DNA of 64,000 nt from positions 5,890,001-5,954,000 of the forward strand of contig OZ218951.1 in assembly GCA_965112735.1 (NCBI GenBank), in the 5' to 3' direction. The notes below the pieces were generated by a model. That model saw nothing but the letters and a program-made list of their open reading frames with translations. It was not told the DNA's origin and did not search any database. Within the stretch, counting starts at the first letter, position 1, and the number at the start of each line of letters is the position of its first letter. Shown here piece after piece: positions 59,801 through 64,000 of this stretch. Both the position numbers and the translations under genes were made by a program. Source of the stretch: Phaeosaccion multiseriatum (taxonomy: Eukaryota; Protista; Ochrophyta, other classes).

Positions 59801-62675
59801 CAGTGGCGCATGGGAACGGTAACAGATGGCAACAGAACGAAAACATGTGAGCTACACGTGGCTCCATGGGGTGGGCCGAGGCAGCAGCTTTTAACCTTTA
59901 CTATATACACTATAGTGTGCCATGCGAGCCTCTATCCTCCTGCCCTCTCTGCCACGAGGCAGGTATCCTCTTCAGCTCCTTCCAACGTCCATGTACCAAT
60001 ACGTACCTTGTGCTGTCGCCGCTGTCGCCGCTGACATTGCTGATCTGCGGGCGGATGAAGGCGAAGTAATGCCCTCCGTGCAGCTCCCCGCTGTGCACCA
60101 GCACGCTATGCAGGCGGTAGCGCTGAGGTGCAGCCGTTGGTGCTACACCAGGAGCAGCAGCAGCGGCAGCGGCGGCAGCGGCAGCCCCTGCCAGAGAGGG
60201 CTCCTGGTGTGTGGCAAGGTACTCGTCAATGTCGAGCGTCTCCGGGAATTCGAACTTGTCGTTGACCTTGACCATGTTCCCTGTGGCCATGTCGAACTCG
60301 AAGCGCTTGAGATGGATGTTCAGCACCGGAGGGAACTCCAGGAACTTGACACCTGTATATGTATCAGCGGGCAAGTGCGGCAGCGAATTCACAAGATGCA
60401 GTGGTGAGAACGACTACACGCCGCCAGTCGCTGGCCCGCGGATTCGCATCACGCCCCTTGCACCCCCTTCTTTCTTTCTTTCTTTCCTTCCTTCCTTCCT
60501 TCCGTCCTTCCTTCGCCTTCGCCTTCAATCGAACAATCCACCAACGGGGGCGTGTGGTTCTTCCCAGACAAGAAAGAAAAATAGAGAGAGAAGAAGACTC
60601 AAGATAAACAGACAAGAGACATCCCCTCAAACTCCAACTCCAACTGGCACTCCATGTTCATCTGCATCCGACCCACCCTTCTTGGCTGCCTGCTTGCCGA
60701 AGTGCCCCGCATCGTACTCATTGTCCCCGTCCATGAGCTCCTCCTCAGTGTACTTGGCGAAGCTCTGGTGGATGTTCCTGCAGCCCTTGACGTCGAGCTG
60801 AATGTCATAGTACGTCTCCTCCCTCTTGCTCTCGTAGTCCACGTCCACGCACCTGATGGACATGTAGAGAAGGTTAGCGCAGAGGGGTCAGGAGCGCTGA
60901 GGAGAGAGAAGAGGAGAGAGAGGAGGAGGAGGAGCACAGAGGTCCCTTCCACTCCACTCCACTTGCCTGATGTAGGAGCGCAGGCGCCCCCCGAAGAGGC
61001 GCTCGATGGCCCCGTCGGCCTTGGTGCCCTTCATTTTCTCCTCGAGCTTGTCGCACAGCACGCGGTTGAGCTCCTGTACGTCCTGCTGCAGGAAGCTGTC
61101 GTACGTGTCCCAGCCGAAACTCTTGGTCAGCTCCTTGGTGCCCACGGGCCGGGGCGGCCCAATGTGGCTGGCCTTAGCAACGCCATTGCCCTTGGACTCA
61201 ATGGACTCAATGGACTCATTGGACTCATTGGATTCGCTCGTGGGCTGCCCCGTCTGCAGCCTCCAAAACACCTTCTGCAAGGCAAGCGGCACGCTCGTGG
61301 CGGCGTCCTCCCCCGCCGTGGGAATGTCGTACACGGCCTTGCGGAGGCTGTGCAGGTGGAAGAGCGTCTGCAGCAGGGAGTTCATGTAGCAGGTGGCGCC
61401 CTGGTTCTTCAGGCCCACCATGCCCGTCTCTCTGTTCCGATCCAAAGTAGAGAGTCCCCCCCTGCCCCCTACCGCGCTCCCGGCTGGGGAGATGTCCGTC
61501 ACGCGCACCGCCAGGCGGAACGTACCCCCGGGCCAAAGCAGTGCCGGGTTGCCCTTGAGCTCCTTCCTCTCCCAGCACCTGGGGTAGCCGTAGTCGGAGT
61601 TGGTCGCTGTGAAGTCGTGCGCGAGCATGTCCTTCTCCTTGGACTGCGCGATGTCGAATCTGTCCAGGAGGGCGAGGTCGAACTCCACCCGGCGGTGCCA
61701 GCGCTCTCCGCCCCTGCACCCCGCCTGCAGCGCCTTGGCGTTGACCAGCTCGAGAAAGGCGGATACGTTGCCCGTCGTGTTGTAGTCGTTCCCGAAGGGA
61801 AAGACCATGAGCCTCCACACGCAGCCCTCCTTGTCCCTCACAGCGCGGCTGTACAGCTTTTTGCGGCCGGGCTCGTGCGGCGTGGCGTAGTTTTTGGGGT
61901 GGAAGGGAAAGTCCGCCACGAACACGAGGCGGCCGTCCCCAACCTCCGTCAGTCTCTCAAGACTGCCGCTCTCCTCATTGTCATTGTTCTCGTCGTTCTC
62001 GTCCTCCTCCACAATGGCCCTCTCCAGGCCCGCAAACTCCCGGCCCTGCACACCGCCGTCATCTGAAATCTGGTGGAGAGCCGGCGGTCCATACACCCGC
62101 TGCTGCCCATATGGCTGCTGCTGCCGAGGCGGAAGCTTCTTGAGGCGCTTGTTTGCAACGGGCGATATCGTTCGGCCCCCCTCCTCTGGCCCTGTGGCAT
62201 CGTGCTCTCCTGGAGCGGTCGCGCCATTGAGCCCAAGCTCCATGCCACCAATCGGCGCCGTGACGATACGTGACGAAGGGAAAGGTCTGAAGACCTCCTC
62301 CTCCCCCTCCTCCGCTTCCTCGTCCTCCTGCTGGGCAGGGGCCATCCTCGCCCCTACCCCTCCTCTGGCCTCCATGGGCGGTATGGCGCGAGCCACGCGG
62401 GAGACATTGCTGGGCGACAGATTGGGAGGAATGGGTCTGGTAGGAGGCCCACCATTCTCAATGTCTTCACCCGAGTCATACCTTTCAGGCGAGGCATCCC
62501 CGCCACCCCCTTGCGCCAGGTGCGGGTGGTGCGAGAAGGCCGGTTCCTGCCTCCCGTCGCTGTCTGGGGAAGCAGGAACTGGAGCCTCCTTCGCTACTGC
62601 CTCTGCGGCTGGTGAAGCAGGAGCTGGAGCATCAACCACAGGTTCTTGTTGCTCCTGATTCTCAGTGTTATCCAT
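53476..62675 (-). CDS. USP7: Ubiquitin-specific protease 7 (USP7/UBP12/13/Ubp15 family)
   Basis: MATH domain (WRLMVFPFGN...VSAFL...HDF....DYGY), Cys box GLKNQGATCYMNSLLQ, QQDVQELNRVL, YYDIQLDVKG, LHLKRF-type motif (IHLKRFEFD), His box LVHSGELHGGHY, WFKFDD, SAYMLVYVRE, and UBL-region R.W....R.NKTVRP. Confidence 0.93.
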
Positions 62676-64000
62676 CGCTGCCGCGCCACTTGCGCGTTGG
62701 CGCACTTGTTCCAAAGTCTTCGTCACGAGGAAGGCAAATTGCCTGGTTCCCAACCTCGCCCCCCCGCCCTGCGCCTGCTGCTACTACTCCCGTCCACCAA
62801 AAAATGACTAGAATACCCTTCTCCCACTATTCTCCTCTCTATCGAGGCTTCTGTCGAGATACTATAGGGCGAAGCCACGCGGGAATGCAGCCGCGACGGC
62901 AAAACTTCCCGCGAAATGGGTACTAAGGGTCCGGCGCCTCACGTCTGCACCGCTCCTCCTCCTCCTCCTCCTCCTCCTCCTCCTCCTCCTCCCGCGCTGT
63001 CGGGTGCATTCACCCTCTCTCTCTTTTTTTTCTCTTTCTCACTCGTAAAGCTTCTTTCTTCCCAGTTCTGAAAAAAGGGAGCCCTGGCAGCAGATCCGGC
63101 GATGCCCACACCTCTCCCCCCCCTGCAGTAGGGCTTGTGGTGTTGGCTTACCACACGCGGCTTCTGTCTATGTCGTTTTTATGCTTACGTAAAGCACCCG
63201 TGAGGAGCATTTCCTCGTTGGGTGCCATCCCTCGTTTGGTGATGAACTGAAACGCAAACTGAAACTCGTGGCCTGGGGGCGCCCAACACTGCTCTTCAAG
63301 ACTTTCCCCTTCCTTCCTTCGTTTGTGTGGCTAGATAGTTTGCAGCCTCTGAGCTCATTCTCCCACCCTACGAAGAAGAGACAAGGTAAGAGCGAAAGTT
63401 TGCAGTGGAGAGGGGGGGCACGGAGTGTGGGGGGCAGCAAAGGAGGGAGAGGGGTAGTAAGCGTGGGTCGAGTCGAGTCTGTCTGAACGGGCGTGCTTGT
63501 TGTGCTGGCAGCTCTCTGCTGCTGCTGCTGCTGCTGTCAGCGCTCTTGTGTTGCTTGTGGGCAATAGAGGGCGGAGTGCGTGGGAAAGGGGTCGCGGAGA
63601 GATGGTTATGTGATGGAGAAAGGCAGGGAGGGGGGGGGGGAAGGAAGGAAGATCAGAGAAGGTGCGTTCAGAGAGAGAGGCACGAAGGCAAACAGTGGCT
63701 GCAACGGAGCCGTGGGCCTGGGCCAGGACTCTTTTCTTTCGAAGGCCCTCTTTGTGGATCCACCCCAGCCCCAGCGAGCAGCGTGTGGGATGAGCGAAGG
63801 AAAAGTGGTGGAGAAGCATTGCATCAGCTCGGCTGACTGAGTTACAGTAGAAGGAAGCAGCGGGAACCGTGGCTCAGGACGTTTTGTTTTTGCAGAAAGC
63901 TGTCTTTGGTCGGTCCAACAGTGGCGCGAAGATGAGGAAGGAACGGTGATGAAGACAATTGGACTAGAGTTTCTGCAACACCATTGCTGATACACCCTTG

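Noticed and set aside
62940-64000. Possible gene at the right edge
   Set aside because: No recognisable domain or convincing exon chain within the window.

Overview
This is GC-rich, intron-rich eukaryotic nuclear DNA. It most likely comes from a flagellated photosynthetic stramenopile (ochrophyte), inferred from signal-peptide plus ASAFAP-like presequences and a nephrocystin-1-like gene. About 12 genes can be supported: an ankyrin protein, a Cof-type HAD phosphatase, a stand-alone lipoyl-like domain protein, a large hypothetical protein, a small Cys-rich secreted protein, an SH3BGR/glutaredoxin-like protein, an ~18 kb gene fusing 23 Tudor-like repeats, EF-hands and the NPHP1 C-terminal domain, a small conserved-domain protein, a membrane protein, a YqiA-like hydrolase/CYTH fusion, and USP7. 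There is also a MITE-like element and a non-LTR retrotransposon remnant. The main discovery is invisible to the ORF track. Positions 84-5577, which look like degenerate satellite DNA, read on the minus strand as a secreted Cys-rich micro-exon gene: a signal-peptide exon followed by 15 micro-exons of 21-72 nt, all multiples of 3 and all phase 0. The exons are highly variable, whereas the introns fall into two families of mutually similar repeats. Two short DNA words (CAGTTGGTGATAC and GGTGTCAGGAC) are also strongly over-represented regardless of frame and strand. All gene models were spliced by eye and protein assignments rest on recalled motifs; no database searches were run.
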